NCBI GenBank assembly: GCA_044226015.1
Contig: JBGAHS010000007.1
Span: 513,090 to 577,089 of the forward strand
Source: Candidatus Obscuribacteraceae bacterium
GTDB lineage: Bacteria > Cyanobacteriota > Vampirovibrionia > Obscuribacterales > Obscuribacteraceae
Length of the DNA: 64,000 bases
Reading direction: 5' to 3'
Shown here: piece by piece, positions 46,477 through 57,155 of the stretch
Layout of the letters: each line of letters begins with the position of its first letter
How positions within the stretch are numbered: position 1 is the first letter of the stretch
The notes under the pieces: generated by a model
What the model saw: the letters and a program-made list of their open reading frames with translations, nothing else
Told to the model about the DNA's origin: nothing
Databases searched by the model: none
Translations under genes and position numbers: made by a program

Positions 46477-47904
46477 GTGGATGATGTAGAGCTGGACCTC
46501 AAATTGAGAGCACTCAGTGAAAGTCTTGATGAGAACGAAGATCCCTTTATCGGAAAGCTCGTTTGTAATAAGTTCAAAGTCGAGTCGCTTATCGGTTCTG
46601 GCGCATCAGGAAGCGTCTATAAGGCTTTTCACCAGGACCTTGGGCGCTGGGTTGCAATCAAGGTTTTACACACAAATCAAGCTTTTGATAGCAAGCAGCG
46701 AGCTCGATTTCAGCGGGAAGCTAAATTGTTAGCTGCTTTCAAGAATCCTGGTGTGTGTCAAATTTTGGACTACGAAACAAGTGCACAAGGTCAGCCAATT
46801 CTTGTCCTGGAATACGTCGAAGGTAAGTCTCTGAAAGAGCTAATTGCTTCAAAGGAATTTCTTAGCGCTCGTGAGGGTCTGGAACTAGGCATCAAGTTAT
46901 GTGAAATACTTGGAGCTATTCACAGCAGTGGAATGGTTCATAGAGACATCAAACCAGACAACATAAAAATCCGCCGAGACGGCAGTAATATTGCCCCAAC
47001 GATTTTGGATTTTGGAATCGCCAAGTTATTGCAGCCCGAAGAGGGTGACTCTCTTACGACAACTGGTGGCATTATTGGTACTCCGGCTTATATGAGCCCA
47101 GAGCAGTGTATGGGACACGCAGTTGATGGTCGAGCTGACCTCTATTCTATGGCGCTGGTGCTATATGAAGTTTGTTCTGGAAGGCAAGTCTTTCAGACCG
47201 GTTCGCCTGTGGCAGTTATGCTTAAGCACTGTAATGATGAAGTCGTCCAGCTGAAAAGCATTTTGAAGGGAAGTTCAGATGAGCTGAGATATATTGATGC
47301 TCTCTTGTCCATAATTCTCATTTCTTTGAGCAAGTCTCCAGACCAGCGGTATCCGTCTGCGGAGGCAATGAAGCAAGATTTAATGCTCGCCTGGCAAGGA
47401 CAAGGTATTCGTCGCGGTCTTCAAGCTCGCCGGATTTTTACGGCAAAGAATCTTTCTCTAGTAGTGGTAACCTTGCTCTTCGTTTTCGCATGTGTAATTG
47501 GATTTCGCTACTATGTCTATAAAGAAAAGCAGCGGGATGAACTAAGCAAATTTGGTTCCTATTGCGAGAGAAGTGCCCCAGAAGTTGCAAGAGCTATCTT
47601 TAATGATTCACGCTTGAACAATCGAGAAACTGTTTTACACGCTTTGTTCCCTGCCAAAATAGAGGGGCTGACCAAAGCTGTTTCCAGTCCTAGCAAGAAT
47701 ATTGAGGTTGCTGATGTTCTTCTCTTGCCTGTGGAGAAAGGTATTCAAACGGTTTCGCTGGTGGTGGCAAAAGACAACAAATATTATCTCGTGAAGCTTT
47801 CATATGCGTTGCGTTCAGTTTTACCTCCAGAAGGTGCGGCTGTAGAAATGAGCTCTACACCTTGTGTATTCAAGGTTACCATAGTTCCAGACACTGCAAG
47901 ATGA
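46477..47904 (+). CDS. Membrane-anchored Ser/Thr protein kinase (Hanks type)
   Basis: IGSGASG, VAIK, HRDIKPDN, DFG, GTPAYMSPE; TM segment then an extracytoplasmic domain; AGGAG before the GTG at 46477. Confidence 0.93.
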   Translation: MDDVELDLKLRALSESLDENEDPFIGKLVCNKFKVESLIGSGASGSVYKAFHQDLGRWVAIKVLHTNQAFDSKQRARFQREAKLLAAFKNPGVCQILDYETSAQGQPILVLEYVEGKSLKELIASKEFLSAREGLELGIKLCEILGAIHSSGMVHRDIKPDNIKIRRDGSNIAPTILDFGIAKLLQPEEGDSLTTTGGIIGTPAYMSPEQCMGHAVDGRADLYSMALVLYEVCSGRQVFQTGSPVAVMLKHCNDEVVQLKSILKGSSDELRYIDALLSIILISLSKSPDQRYPSAEAMKQDLMLAWQGQGIRRGLQARRIFTAKNLSLVVVTLLFVFACVIGFRYYVYKEKQRDELSKFGSYCERSAPEVARAIFNDSRLNNRETVLHALFPAKIEGLTKAVSSPSKNIEVADVLLLPVEKGIQTVSLVVAKDNKYYLVKLSYALRSVLPPEGAAVEMSSTPCVFKVTIVPDTAR

Positions 47905-47971
47905 AAGTGATTTCTCGAGCCTGTGTCTGAGCATAAAATCAATCTGAAATCTCAGATACGGCTATCGAAGC

Positions 47972-49039
47972 CTACATGCGTCCGCCAACTTCCTGGTGAT
48001 CGGGAGAGCCAACTTCTGATACCACTATGCTTTGCCCGGGACTTTTGTCATCCTCATAGACTATCCAATCAGTGCCAGTTTTAGCGCGCGTCAGAACAAT
48101 ACCGGCCCCGCCCTTATCTATTCCTTTGAAATCGGTTTGTTGTGCTTTTCTCCAGGTGCCTCTAATCGGACCGCTTGCTGAATTCCAGAAATAAGTTCCG
48201 TCGGCATTTATCTTTAGGGTTCCAGACTGACCGAAGTATTGTCTTTCGTAGGCGCGATTGTCTTTTACATAGCCTGTAGGCGCACCATGTTGGTCCATCT
48301 TCCATGAGCCGACGTACCATGCGCTTTGAACAGGCGTTCCGTAGTTATTCTTCAGTGCGCTCACTATTTCTGTCGGGATTCCGAATTTTCCTATTGCATC
48401 AGCATAAGGACCCACAGCCTCGTAGTGAAAATTCACCCCACGACTTTTGATCATTTGAACTAGCTGATTGTAAATTTGCTGTCTGCGCTCCCACGGAACA
48501 GCAAATGCGTCTGCTCCTAAATTCGCTTGGAGAAATCCGAGCACATCGCCCTGTGACATTACAGCTCCGCCAGCACCTTGCTGTGCTGCTGGGGCTGGAT
48601 TTTGTGCTTGGAAATTTTGTGCTGGGTTTTGTGCTTGAAAATTGGGCACAGCGTTTGCAGGTTGAAGGTTTTGTCCGCCGGGGAATTGCGCTTGTGCTTG
48701 GGCCGCAGGCGCGGCTTGAGCTGGTGGATTCCAGCCGGCAGCAGGTTTCAATGCTCCGTTTTCATTTCCGTACTTGGCGGTGTCAAATTCTGCTGGTTTC
48801 TGCGTGGTCAGTTCATTAGGCTGTCTGTATTGATCTCCGTTGTGGTCCCATTGCGCTGTCAGTGCATTTCTAACTTGGATGTAAACGCCTGATGCATCTT
48901 GTCTGATCACCTTAGCCTCGCGCCACTCTCCGACGTACTTGTAGTAGACCGTTTGACCAGGTGCAAATTGAGCCCAGGCTGGTAAAACTGATGAAAGCAC
49001 CAGCATTGCAATGCAAAATTGTTTGAGTGGGCGGACCAT
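47972..49039 (-). CDS. Secreted hypothetical protein (SH3/Tudor-like N-domain, Q/A/P-rich linker, beta-barrel-like C-domain)
   Basis: Signal peptide ending AWA; FAPGQTVYY...WREAKV; NFQAQNP repeated; AGGAG RBS. Confidence 0.8.
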   Translation of the reverse strand: MVRPLKQFCIAMLVLSSVLPAWAQFAPGQTVYYKYVGEWREAKVIRQDASGVYIQVRNALTAQWDHNGDQYRQPNELTTQKPAEFDTAKYGNENGALKPAAGWNPPAQAAPAAQAQAQFPGGQNLQPANAVPNFQAQNPAQNFQAQNPAPAAQQGAGGAVMSQGDVLGFLQANLGADAFAVPWERRQQIYNQLVQMIKSRGVNFHYEAVGPYADAIGKFGIPTEIVSALKNNYGTPVQSAWYVGSWKMDQHGAPTGYVKDNRAYERQYFGQSGTLKINADGTYFWNSASGPIRGTWRKAQQTDFKGIDKGGAGIVLTRAKTGTDWIVYEDDKSPGQSIVVSEVGSPDHQEVGGRM

Positions 49040-49467
49040 GCTTCCTTCTCCTGATGTAGATCGGCGACAATTCTACAATAGGTCGGTCAGATCGGCCATC
49101 TTTAATTCCTTTATATTGCGGAGTTCGCCAATGAAGACTCGAAGCGTTCTTGACGGGCTCCCTTAGTTCATTCAGCTCGTTCAGCTAAAATCTACTGGTT
49201 CGTCGATTCTAACTATTAGACATGCTTTGCTTGTTGGATTATTGACCAAATAATTTTGGCGTTCTGCTCTCATCGATTTTGTTCAAAGAGCTTTGTCTTA
49301 ACTGGTCCATTTATGGTGGCGTATTTGGTGCGTAGCAATGAGACGTGTTCAGATGTTTGATAAATCTGTGCTGTTTCCATTATGGTATTTTTGTTTTTCA
49401 AAGGAAACAAAATGTTCATCATATGGGCACCGTTTTGCCTTGGCGAAATCTGGGAACAATTTGAAAA

Positions 49468-50028
49468 ATGCCACGTTTCTGTGTTCGAATAATGAAATCA
49501 AGAAGACGCGCTCAAAGCATAGTTGAAACTGTTGTCGGAATCACTTTCTTAGTTCCGATAGCACTCTTCCTTTTTGATGTTGCGACTTTGGTAACTGTAG
49601 AAATTTCGAATGATAATCTGGCCAAAAGTATGGCTAGGGCTGCCGGTAGTGCTGTGGATACAGGACTGGGTACCGGAACTGCCGCTGCCGGGTTCAACGC
49701 TGCAAACAATACTGCTAGAAGTTTTGGAACTTCGTCAATCATTAAACATCCGAATGGGGGCAGTTTCCTGACAGGATATAGCTGGAACGCCTATGGCTCG
49801 GCTAACAGTGCCGGATCAACGTGGCCATCTGAACTGCCCACTCCAACATTGGGTTCTGTGGGGGTGGTGACAACCATGAAGGTTAATTTGCCAATTCCTT
49901 TCCCATTTCTTCCCAAGTCGATTGAATTGAAATCGAAGTGCATTGACTCGATTGTTTCTGTCGCGGCCGGGCAAACAGACCCGCTCGGGGGTGGGGATGT
50001 CGATCCCGATCTTCATCGACGTCCCTAG
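49468..50028 (+). CDS. TadE-like minor pilin
   Basis: RRRA|QSIVE prepilin-like site, TM helix, then AKSMARAA motif. Start may be 49492. Confidence 0.7.
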   Translation: MPRFCVRIMKSRRRAQSIVETVVGITFLVPIALFLFDVATLVTVEISNDNLAKSMARAAGSAVDTGLGTGTAAAGFNAANNTARSFGTSSIIKHPNGGSFLTGYSWNAYGSANSAGSTWPSELPTPTLGSVGVVTTMKVNLPIPFPFLPKSIELKSKCIDSIVSVAAGQTDPLGGGDVDPDLHRRP

Positions 50029-50100
50029 TAGCCGAACGCTATACAATTAATGCTTTGCACGAACCGGGTATAGAATGGTCATCTGATCAAAGCAAGGCTA

Positions 50101-52734
50101 ATGGACCAGTCTCAAAAAGAAGAAGTTCAATTAATTCAAGTATGTGCTGAATGTGGCAAGCGGATTGCCCCTTCTTCCGGTTCGATGACGGCCTGGTTGT
50201 TTCGGGAGAGCCGCTGTTCTTGTCTCAGACCTGGCGCAGCCGAAGCTGCTGAGAGTAGCCAGCTTACAGCTTCCCGCGTCGATGAGTTGACTGCGGTTGT
50301 CTCGGATGCCCAAGATTCAAAAGGACTTGAGTTTCAATATCGCCTGATTGAAATGGTTGGCAAAGGCGGCATGGGCGAAGTTTATAGAGCGCACGATCTG
50401 CAGTCATCGCAAGATGTTGCAGTCAAGTTTTTGCATCCTCACCTGGTATCAGATAGTAAGGCAGTTTTGCGTTTCAATAATGAAGCCGCAGCTAACATGG
50501 GGCTTGAGCACGCGGGGTTGGTTAAGGTTAGAAACTTCGGACGCAGTACAGCTGATAATTCACCTTGTATTGTGATGGATTTTCTAGAGGGTGAAAGCCT
50601 CGACAAAGCCCTCGCGGTGCAAGGCACGATGACCATCGAGAAAGGCACCAGCCTTTTTCTCCAGCTATGTGATGCACTTTCTTATTTGCATTCGAAACTA
50701 ATCGTGCATAGGGATCTAAAGCCAAGTAACATCATCTTGCAATCAACGGATGCTGGCAATAACGCGGTAATTGTCGATTTTGGAATTGCCAAAATTTCAG
50801 AGGGGCAGAACCTTGAGCAAATACAATTTACTACAACTGGAGAAATTGTCGGAAGCCCGCCTTACATGAGCCCCGAGCAATGTACTGGTCAACATTTAGA
50901 CAGCCGTTCAGATGTGTATTCTCTTGGTTGTGTTATGTACCATGTCGTGAGTGGCAAGCCTCCTTTTGAAGGAACTAATCCGGTGCAAGTGATCGTGAAA
51001 CACTTGCACGAGCCAGCACCGCGATTGAGCAAGATTGCACAAGTTCCGGAAAAGCTCTCGGAAGTGATCCATCGTTGCCTGGAAAAGGATCCTGCAGATC
51101 GTTATCAGTCCATAGATGAAATTTCAAGTGATCTTCGATGCTTTCTTGAGGGCAAACCGCTTTCGAAGAAGAAGTTTTCTTTAGCTAAGAGTATTGCGCG
51201 CCAAAAGACCAAGTTGTTATCTGTGGTCAGCATAGCACTAATAGCTTCGGCTGCATTTGTTGCCTTGAATCAAATGCCACAAGGAAACTATGAAACGCGT
51301 TGGCTAGCTTTAGATAAGAAAGGGCAAGCTTGCTTTGATAGAGGTCAATTAGCTGAATCAAAACGTCTGTTTCAGGAGTCACTCGGGCTTGCCGACAGCT
51401 CTGGCGACAGAACTCTCAAATTGGCGAGTATGAATGAGCTGATGGATATCGACATTGCTCTCTCTCACTCTGAAGAATCAGCAAAGAGGAAAGATCAGAT
51501 ACTGCAGCTTGAGAATGATTCCTATGTTGATGGATTGAAGAAAGAGATTCTTCTGCAATCAAAACAGATTCAAGCACCTTTTGATGAAGAAACCAAAAGT
51601 CGAGTTCGCAGGCTTTGCGGTGAGGTCAATGATGTGGCCGCTAGCTTGAATGAATTTGGTGACAGCGAAGCTGCCGATGTCATCGTGCGCCTTGTATTGG
51701 ATTTAGGAAAACGAGTTCTTGGAGAGTCTGATCCGGCGACAATCCGCAGTATTGTCAGTCTTGCCAAAATTACTCATGATCGCGGTGATTACAAAGGTGC
51801 TATTGAGTCCTATGAGAAGTCACTCGCTTTGCAGAGGAAAATAGCCCCAGATACGTCACTGATGGCGAAGACCCTTATGTTTTTGGGTCGTGCTTACATG
51901 CAAACGGATGTTCCCCTGGCTGATTGCGAAAAGCTTTTAGAAGAAAGTCTTGAGTTGAATCGTAAACATTTTGGACCCAGTAGTCCGGAAGTCGCATGGT
52001 CTCGTTATCAGCTTGCTGCTCTTTATGCACACTTCCAAAGATTTAGCGATGCTCTTTCTGAGCTTAAGGCTGCAATTGCGATCTATGAGCGAACCAAGCA
52101 GACTGCACATAAGGATGTGTCACATTTGGCTTCGTGTTATTCACTAATGGGCTGGCTGACTAGAGACATTGAGCTATGCAAAAAGGCTCTCGTCACTTTT
52201 GAAAGTGAGAAACAAAAAGACTACGCAGCACTTTGCCAAACACTTCAGCATTGTGCTGCTCTTATGGTAAATACTAATCCTCAGCAGGCCTTAAACTACT
52301 TGTCTCGCGCAGAAGTCATCTCGAATAGATTTGCCGATTACGAGAAAGAGAGTCTGAGGTTTGGTTTTTCAAAAATCAAAGCGTTTGCTTACCGAAAGTT
52401 GGGAAATGCTCGTTTCTCACAAATGTTCTATGAGGATGCGAGTCGTCGAGCTTCTGAGCTTTTCGGCAAGGATAGCGAGCAGCTTCTGGAACTAACACTT
52501 GCCAGGGCATCCTACTATAATGAATTGGGGGAATTTGATGTTGCCTTGCGCCTGTATCGAAATGCTATCGATGCTGCGCTTGCATCCGGAAAAAAGGACT
52601 TAGTAAACAGTGAACTGGTTTTCGACCTCTACAAAGAATATTTGAAGGTACTAAAAGCTCAAAACAAGTCCAAAGAGGCGAAGGAGATTACTGAAAAGTG
52701 GCAACAGTTTGGTGGTAAAGTCAAATATTACTAA
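50101..52734 (+). CDS. Ser/Thr kinase with Cys-rich N-terminus, TM segment and TPR repeats
   Basis: CAEC...CSC; GKGGMG, HRDLKPSN, DFG, GSPPYMSPE; kinesin-light-chain-like TPRs. Confidence 0.95.
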   Translation: MDQSQKEEVQLIQVCAECGKRIAPSSGSMTAWLFRESRCSCLRPGAAEAAESSQLTASRVDELTAVVSDAQDSKGLEFQYRLIEMVGKGGMGEVYRAHDLQSSQDVAVKFLHPHLVSDSKAVLRFNNEAAANMGLEHAGLVKVRNFGRSTADNSPCIVMDFLEGESLDKALAVQGTMTIEKGTSLFLQLCDALSYLHSKLIVHRDLKPSNIILQSTDAGNNAVIVDFGIAKISEGQNLEQIQFTTTGEIVGSPPYMSPEQCTGQHLDSRSDVYSLGCVMYHVVSGKPPFEGTNPVQVIVKHLHEPAPRLSKIAQVPEKLSEVIHRCLEKDPADRYQSIDEISSDLRCFLEGKPLSKKKFSLAKSIARQKTKLLSVVSIALIASAAFVALNQMPQGNYETRWLALDKKGQACFDRGQLAESKRLFQESLGLADSSGDRTLKLASMNELMDIDIALSHSEESAKRKDQILQLENDSYVDGLKKEILLQSKQIQAPFDEETKSRVRRLCGEVNDVAASLNEFGDSEAADVIVRLVLDLGKRVLGESDPATIRSIVSLAKITHDRGDYKGAIESYEKSLALQRKIAPDTSLMAKTLMFLGRAYMQTDVPLADCEKLLEESLELNRKHFGPSSPEVAWSRYQLAALYAHFQRFSDALSELKAAIAIYERTKQTAHKDVSHLASCYSLMGWLTRDIELCKKALVTFESEKQKDYAALCQTLQHCAALMVNTNPQQALNYLSRAEVISNRFADYEKESLRFGFSKIKAFAYRKLGNARFSQMFYEDASRRASELFGKDSEQLLELTLARASYYNELGEFDVALRLYRNAIDAALASGKKDLVNSELVFDLYKEYLKVLKAQNKSKEAKEITEKWQQFGGKVKYY

Positions 52735-52758
52735 TGCTATGAATCTTCCAAGAGCAAG

Positions 52759-53877
52759 GTGATTACGGAATTAGCTGTGGACGAGAAACTCAATTCATTG
52801 AAGCTACAATTGAAAAATACCGAAGCCTGGTTGCTTGCCAGTGAGTCGCGCGTGCGCACGCTCATTCAATTAATTCCAGACGGGTTATTTATCGTAAATG
52901 GCGAAGGCAAAATCGAAGCTGCAAACCCCTGTGCACTAAATTTATTTGGATGTGAATACAAAGGTATCATTGGCAGGAATTTTTCGAGCTTCTTCCGGCT
53001 TGATAAGCATGATGCAGCCGCTGCGAAGCTGGAGTTGAAAGTCAACGCTGATGTGCTAAAGGTTTATGCAATAAGGGCTGATCAGTCAGAGTTTCCTGCC
53101 CATTTACAGATTCGTGTTTTCGCGGAAGCTCCAGAATTACAGTACATTGTCTTTGTGGAAGACGTTAGTCGGGAAGTTGAACTTGAGAGAGTTAAACAAG
53201 AATTTGTGGCTATGGTTACTCATGATATTAGAACTCCATTGGCGTCAACAAGGAATGTGTTCGATTTGCTTGAGGCTGGGTTGCTTGGCAGTTTGAACGA
53301 GAAAGGACACGCCGTCGCTAAGCGCATAAGAGCATCTTGCGATCAAACCTTGCGATTGCTGAACGATTTGCTCGATCTAGAAAAAATGCAAGCTGGTAAG
53401 TTCAGTTTGGAGTATAAATGCTTCTCAATTCCATCTATGTTGAGGAGGTCCGTAGATCTCGTACAAGCTCTTGCTGAGCAAAGAAACATCAAGATCGAGT
53501 TGAAATCAGCTGACATTGAATGTCGAGCGGATGAAGATAGGCTCGTTCAAGTTGTTGTGAATCTGCTTTCAAATGCAATAAAGTACTCGCCTGACGATGT
53601 GCCTATCAAGCTAAGCGGTGAATTCGTTGACAAAGCCATTCTTATTTCGGTGAGCGATTTAGGTCGTGGAATACCAGAAGATAAAGTTGACAAAATTTTC
53701 AGTCGCTATGAACAAGTTGAGATTGATGACTCTAAAACGAAGGGTGGTGTCGGGCTTGGTCTGGCTATATGCGAGTCAATTGTGCGTGAGCACAAGGGTG
53801 AAATCGGTGTGAAGAGCAATGCGGGCGAGGGTAGTTGTTTCTGGTTCAAAATCCCCCAAGCCATGGACGATTTATAA
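52759..53877 (+). CDS. Cytoplasmic PAS-domain sensor histidine kinase
   Basis: PAS (IPDGLFIVN...AN), H-box HDIRTPL, NLLSNAIKY, DLGRG, GLGLAI; no TM segment. Confidence 0.95.
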   Translation: MITELAVDEKLNSLKLQLKNTEAWLLASESRVRTLIQLIPDGLFIVNGEGKIEAANPCALNLFGCEYKGIIGRNFSSFFRLDKHDAAAAKLELKVNADVLKVYAIRADQSEFPAHLQIRVFAEAPELQYIVFVEDVSREVELERVKQEFVAMVTHDIRTPLASTRNVFDLLEAGLLGSLNEKGHAVAKRIRASCDQTLRLLNDLLDLEKMQAGKFSLEYKCFSIPSMLRRSVDLVQALAEQRNIKIELKSADIECRADEDRLVQVVVNLLSNAIKYSPDDVPIKLSGEFVDKAILISVSDLGRGIPEDKVDKIFSRYEQVEIDDSKTKGGVGLGLAICESIVREHKGEIGVKSNAGEGSCFWFKIPQAMDDL

Positions 53878-54083
53878 AATGAGACTGCACTCGCGTGCAC
53901 AAGATTGACATTCGCCTTGCATTATTGCGTAGTAGAGCTGAAAACCATTGATTTTGTTAGGTTTTGTCTTGAAGATTAGTTTCGGACCCGAATAAAATCT
54001 AAAAGCCATTTGACAAAACTTTTATACTTGACATCTAGTTTGAATGCATCGTGTTTTTTTACTTAATTCGGGGTTTTTATACG

Positions 54084-55544
54084 ATGCTTCAAAAATTGAT
54101 TTCAGTTGGACTTTTAGGCCGGGTTTCTGTTTTATCGATCTTGTCTCTTGCTATGCTGTCAGGAAATTCCGTGTCGGCAGCTACGGCTACTGAGCAAACT
54201 GCTGTGGGGACACCGATTGTTCAAGATAGCGAAACTTACTATGTCTCCAAATCCGGAAATAACACAGATGGGAAGACCTGGAAAACGGCTTTCAATGAAC
54301 TTGATCAGATCAAATGGGAGAGAATCTCGCGGTCATGGGCAAGGAAAATAAGAATTGAAATTGACGGTGGAGCGCAATCAATGACTTACCACAAGGCGCT
54401 TGCTGTATCGGTGCCAGTTGTCTATCCACCGCCCCCTATCGTTTACTCTCCACCCAAGTCTTATGAGATCAGCCGTTCGAGAGTGATTGGTCACTCTGGC
54501 CAGATTGTCATTGACGGTAAAAACCAAATCAACGACGGCATTCGCATCGACCTACCTAATACATCAATTCGAGGACTTACCTGGAGAGGAATTAAGGTAA
54601 AAGGATTTAGAAGTGTTGGTATTCGGGTCAACGCTGAGCCAGCAAGTTTAAGTGGTATTGAAATTGCTGGAACTCCATCAGCCGTCGCGATTCCAATGGG
54701 TGCTGCTGGAACGACCATCATGCCTATTGTGCAGAAAGCTACATTCGGGCTATTTGCTACGGGATATGGTTCGGTCCGAGCGAATGGGCTTATCATACAT
54801 GACACCACTCACAATGTCAGATTCAGAGGCGGTGTTCAGGGTGATTTGTACAAATGCTGGGTCTATAGCAGTGCCTATCAGAGACCGGAGTACCTACAGA
54901 ACAGAGTCGCAGGCGTAGTGGGTGGCTATCGCAATGAAATCGTTATCGACGACCCACCGCGTGAGAGTGCAGATGCCCCTGATTCCATGATTGCAAGCCT
55001 GCAAACCAACACCACCGTGCGTGATAGTGTCATTGGACCTGGTCTTGGTCGAGGTGTTGTTAGTGCTGCTAACTCACAGATGAGAGTTTCAAATTGTTTG
55101 CTCTTAAATGCTACAAGAGCAAATCTGCACCAGACAGACTATACCAATGGAGGCTTCATGCCGAACCTTCTGAGCGCTAATCGCGTAACGTCTTTCATGA
55201 CTCCGATGGATCCATTTGGAACTGCTCATGATGCCGTCGTCTCCGGGTCACCTAAATTTAGCAACGTTAATAACAGCGTAGTGTATGGTGGGCACGTAAG
55301 AATCTCGGCGGGTATCAAACTTGGCGAAAACAATACTCAATTCAAAACTACTGGTAATACCACAGCTCTAAGTCCAAAGCAAGTGAATCCACGTTTTCAA
55401 GCTGATCTTTGTCAATATGGCAACAATGTTCCTCTTCGCAAACTGATTGCTACTGATTTTGCACTCTCGCCAGGTTCTCCTGCCAAGGGAACTGGCTCGA
55501 TCGTTACTTCAGTGCGCCAACTCCTAAATAGTCCTCTTCCTTAG
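54084..55544 (+). CDS. Secreted right-handed beta-helix protein
   Basis: Signal peptide; YYVSKSGNNTDGKTWKTAF N-cap; beta-helix repeats; C-terminal DFALSPGSPAKGTG. ORF track starts at 54051. Confidence 0.75.
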   Translation: MLQKLISVGLLGRVSVLSILSLAMLSGNSVSAATATEQTAVGTPIVQDSETYYVSKSGNNTDGKTWKTAFNELDQIKWERISRSWARKIRIEIDGGAQSMTYHKALAVSVPVVYPPPPIVYSPPKSYEISRSRVIGHSGQIVIDGKNQINDGIRIDLPNTSIRGLTWRGIKVKGFRSVGIRVNAEPASLSGIEIAGTPSAVAIPMGAAGTTIMPIVQKATFGLFATGYGSVRANGLIIHDTTHNVRFRGGVQGDLYKCWVYSSAYQRPEYLQNRVAGVVGGYRNEIVIDDPPRESADAPDSMIASLQTNTTVRDSVIGPGLGRGVVSAANSQMRVSNCLLLNATRANLHQTDYTNGGFMPNLLSANRVTSFMTPMDPFGTAHDAVVSGSPKFSNVNNSVVYGGHVRISAGIKLGENNTQFKTTGNTTALSPKQVNPRFQADLCQYGNNVPLRKLIATDFALSPGSPAKGTGSIVTSVRQLLNSPLP

Positions 55545-55555
55545 CCGACAACCCC

Positions 55556-55587
55556 GTGGCAGAAACGAGTTCGCTCGTTTCTGCCAC
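55556..55587 (+). terminator. Perfect 14-bp hairpin with a TTCG loop
   Basis: gtggcagaaacgag-ttcg-ctcgtttctgccac, 11 nt after the stop; T-run 7 nt downstream. Confidence 0.8.
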
Positions 55588-55645
55588 CACGCCATTTTTC
55601 AGCAAGAAATTCGACAAAGCATAAAGTTCAGGAGAGATTTTATTC

Positions 55646-57145
55646 ATGCGAGGCAGTCGGGGTTCGTTGTTACCTTTAGTAGCTTTGAGTGCAACAGTCT
55701 TTGTATTTGGGCTCGTGTTTTTATGTCAGTTGGCTATACACTGGCTGTCTTATCAAAAAGTACAAGCAGCTTCTGAAGCAGCTGCACTTGTTGCTGCAAA
55801 TGACATTGCAGATCTTGTTATCAATGACCCTCATTTCGGATTTGTCTCTCTTTCGAATGGGACAGCAGGGAAGAGCACAGTTACTGAAACTGGTGAGCAT
55901 GTTCCGGTTATAGGTATCAACACCATTCTGGCGACCTGTCGTTCCAATCTTTTGATAGCAGAACATCTGGGTAGTGTTCAGATGCGAACTCTTGCATTGC
56001 GTGATCTTCAGCACGCTAGAGAGGCTTCCAGAGCTCTGCAGGTTGCCTGTACTGAGGCATTGAAACCGAACAGCTCGTCCTGCCCCTGTGACAGTGACGG
56101 AAACAAAATTGAAGCCTACAAGCACGCAGAAGAATCGTTCAAAAATAGTATGGGGTGGATGCATAGCAAGTTCACCCTTAGTGAAATGAAGTTAGAGATG
56201 GGCTGGCTAGATGTATCCAGCTCATCTATGACAGCTATTCCTCGTCCAGTTGACTTGAGTGAAGTGCCCCCATCGCTTAATAGCAACGGTGATTACAGCG
56301 CTTTTGTGAATATTCCGCTTGACGGAGCCGACTTTTATTTCGCTGGACTTGCTCCCAACAGTGCCCTGGCCTCCGCTGCTCGATTTCACGCGCCAGATGG
56401 TAAGCGTGTATGCTCTGCTATAAAGATCCGCGCGAAGGTCATGCCCAAAGGATGCGATTCCTTTACTGATCGCATTCTGCAACAGGATGGTGTCGCTGCA
56501 GTTGCATGTTCTGTACCCGAAGCAAGGCATGATGTGGCACCGCCCGCGGTGATGGCTTTGAGCTTTCCACATGGGCGTGTAAATCAGTTGCGAAGCTTTG
56601 CAGATATGTTAGGTTCATCAGAGCTCTCGCGCGAGAACATATCGATAAAGCACTCTGCAGGAGGCGACTTCCCCGATGACCCAGGCGCACAGCTAGTGGA
56701 TGGCGCGCAGAACATCGAGGGCGTTATTAATTCGCCGTCCGACCTTGTTGCAAAAGGAATGTATGATTGGCTTCGTACCTGTCATGGAAAGGTTCGTCTG
56801 GATTCTGTTATAGCCACAGTAAATGCTCCATTCTCATGGGACTCTTCAGCGCCACAATCGCTTCTTTATGGCTTGGAAAAAGATGGCAGTGTGAAGCTGA
56901 TCCAGAGTAAGGTTTTTACTTGCCAGACGATTCACGACAAGCAAGAATATGCTGCGGCAGATGAAGTTCAAGCATGGGGGAAAAGTTGGACTTTCACCTG
57001 GAGAGACGAAGTAAGCAATCTCGGAAACGATGGTGGTAAGCATGGTGGCTTGCCCCTCTTTGATAGGCGATTAAATGCCGCTGCAGATCACACCTATCAG
57101 AGAAATGGATTGGCTGTTGCGATGGAGTTTTCCTCTCCCCTGTGA
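55646..57145 (+). CDS. TadG-like pilus-associated protein
   Basis: RG|SLLPL prepilin-like site, TM helix, VQAASEAAALVAA Tad motif. Confidence 0.75.
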   Translation: MRGSRGSLLPLVALSATVFVFGLVFLCQLAIHWLSYQKVQAASEAAALVAANDIADLVINDPHFGFVSLSNGTAGKSTVTETGEHVPVIGINTILATCRSNLLIAEHLGSVQMRTLALRDLQHAREASRALQVACTEALKPNSSSCPCDSDGNKIEAYKHAEESFKNSMGWMHSKFTLSEMKLEMGWLDVSSSSMTAIPRPVDLSEVPPSLNSNGDYSAFVNIPLDGADFYFAGLAPNSALASAARFHAPDGKRVCSAIKIRAKVMPKGCDSFTDRILQQDGVAAVACSVPEARHDVAPPAVMALSFPHGRVNQLRSFADMLGSSELSRENISIKHSAGGDFPDDPGAQLVDGAQNIEGVINSPSDLVAKGMYDWLRTCHGKVRLDSVIATVNAPFSWDSSAPQSLLYGLEKDGSVKLIQSKVFTCQTIHDKQEYAAADEVQAWGKSWTFTWRDEVSNLGNDGGKHGGLPLFDRRLNAAADHTYQRNGLAVAMEFSSPL

Positions 57146-57155
57146 CACTCTTCCC

